From: Eledone cirrhosa
Lineage: Eukaryota
DNA length: 64,000 bases
Direction: 5' to 3'
NCBI GenBank assembly: GCA_964016885.1
Contig: OZ024743.1
Location: forward strand, 130,448,001-130,512,000
Both the position numbers and the translations under genes were made by a program. Each line of letters starts with the position of its first letter. Within the stretch, counting starts at the first letter, position 1. Below the pieces are notes generated by a model. It was not told where the DNA came from. It did not search any database and saw nothing but the letters and a program-made list of their open reading frames with translations. Positions 63,101-64,000 of this stretch are shown piece after piece.

Positions 63101-64000
63101 TTGGTGCTTGGTGATTAGTGTTTGGTGCTTGGTGCTTGGGGCTTGGTGTTTGGTGCTTGGTGCTTGCTGTTTGGTGGTTGCTGTTTAGTGCTTGGTGTTT
63201 GGTGCTTGGTGCTTGGTGCTGGGTGGTTGGTGTTTGGTGCTTGGTGCTTGGTGTTTGGTGCTTGGTGCTTGGTGCTTGTTGTTTGGTGCTTGGTGCTTGG
63301 TCTTTGGTGCTTGGTGTTTGGTGTTTGGTGCTTGGTGCTTGGTGCTTGGTTTTTGGTGCTTGGTGCTTGGTGCTTGGTGTTTGGTGCTTGGTGCTTGGTG
63401 CTTGTTGTTTGGTGCTTGGTGCTTGGTCTTTGGTGCTTGGTGTTTGGTGTTTGGTGCTTGGTGCTTCGTGTTTGGTGCTTAGTGCCTGGTGCTTGGTGTT
63501 TGGTGCTTGGTGCTTGGTGTTTGCTGATTGGTGCTTGGTGCTTGGTGCTTGGTGCTTAGTGATTGGTGTTTGGTGTTTGGTGCTTGGTGTTTGGTGCTTG
63601 GTGTTTGATGCTTGGTTTTTGCTGCTTGGTGCTTGGTGCTTGGTGCTTGGTGTTCTGTGTTTGGTGCTTGGTGCTTGGTGCCTGGTGCTTGGTGCTTGGT
63701 GCTTGTTGTTTGGTGCTTGGTGCTTGGTGATTAGTCTTTGGTGCTTGGTGCTTGGTGTTTGGTGTTTGGTGTTTCTTGCTTGGTGCTTGGTGTTTGGTGT
63801 TTGGTGCTTGGTGTTTGGTGCTTGGTGCTTTGAGCTTGGTGTTTGGTGCTGGGTGTATGGTGTTTGGTGCTTGGTGCTTGGTGCTTGGTGTTTGGTGTTT
63901 GGTGCTTGGTACTTGGTGTTTGGTGTTTGATGCTTGGTGTTTGATGCTTGTTGCTTGGTGCTTGGTGTTTTGTGTTTGGTGTTTGGTGCTTGGTGTATGT
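48200..64000 (+). repeat. Right-end higher-order family; a core block of at least 1.3 kb recurs four times (starts about 48700, 51560, 57580, 62700)
   Basis: Near-identical ORFs at 49121/51982/58017/63122 and 49191/52052/58087/63192 (offsets 2861, 6035, 5105). A private variant TTGAGC occurs at about 49829, 52690, 58725 and 63830. The larger block at about 46.7-48.7 kb recurs at about 55.5-57.4 kb (offset 8763-8770). Confidence 0.85.

Larger units (their letters stand above)
1..64000 (+). repeat. Heptamer tandem satellite array (TTGGTG[C/T])n, about 9,150 monomers, single orientation, running off both window edges
   Basis: Every line parses as TTGGTGC or TTGGTGT with scattered substitution variants (TTGATGC, TTGCTGT, TTGGGGC, TTAGTGT, TTGGTGA, CTGGTGC, TTTGTGT, TAGGTGT, etc.). 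The + strand is G/T-rich and almost lacks A throughout. No non-repeat segment was seen. Confidence 0.99.

Noticed and set aside
1-64000. Hundreds of + strand ORFs (60-444 aa) of LGAWCLV/FGVWCLV repeats resembling membrane proteins
   Set aside because: They overlap in all three frames with the same peptide, mostly start at TTG/GTG inside the repeat and contain no unique domain. Their length follows from the near absence of A, and hence of stop codons, on this strand.
1940-64000. Recurring conserved motif around ATGTAC with variable intervening lengths, superficially CRISPR-like
   Set aside because: The intervening DNA is the same 7-mer satellite, 76 bp to 6 kb long, not unique 25-45 bp spacers. 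There is no leader and no cas gene.
1-64000. Actively synthesised terminal telomere tract
   Set aside because: The many substitution variants inherited in kb-scale duplicated blocks indicate recombinational amplification, not de novo telomerase addition, and no chromosome end is visible. A telomere-derived origin remains open and is listed under findings.
1-64000. Prokaryotic heptamer repeats such as cyanobacterial STRR elements
   Set aside because: Those are short intergenic tracts between genes, whereas this is a gene-free array of at least 64 kb with higher-order structure. The similarity is limited to unit length and partial motif resemblance.
1-64000. Sequencing or basecalling artefact, or synthetic low-complexity sequence
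   Set aside because: Rare variants recur in consistent order across nested duplications with graded divergence, and the phase arithmetic is exact over tens of kb. Noisy reads would show random indels. Copy number could still be mis-assembled.
1-64000. Fungal RIP signature
   Set aside because: The - strand is rich in CpA targets, yet TG-to-TA variants on the + strand (ttagtg, ttggta) are only sporadic, so the array has not been heavily RIP-mutated.

Overview
The whole 64 kb window is one uninterrupted, single-orientation array of a 7-bp satellite with consensus TTGGTG[C/T] (reverse complement [G/A]CACCAA), about 9,150 monomers by length. I see no unique sequence, credible gene, RNA gene, transposon or CRISPR array. 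All supplied ORFs are the repeat read in different frames: (L/F)G(A/V)WCLV on the + strand and (S/N)TKHQ(A/T)P on the - strand. The information lies in the array's internal structure. (i) The 7th base switches between C and T in an aperiodic pattern that is copied faithfully between duplicated blocks. (ii) The 7-bp phase is held very strictly and is broken mainly by one recurrent 6-bp unit, ATGTAC (45 sites counted by eye), plus about ten other +/-1 units. (iii) Duplications are nested from about 70 bp up to a near-identical 8.2-kb block at offset 19,977. (iv) Distinct variant families occupy different domains. This looks like eukaryotic-type heterochromatic satellite (centromeric, pericentromeric, subtelomeric or telomere-derived). 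The organism and function cannot be determined from this window.
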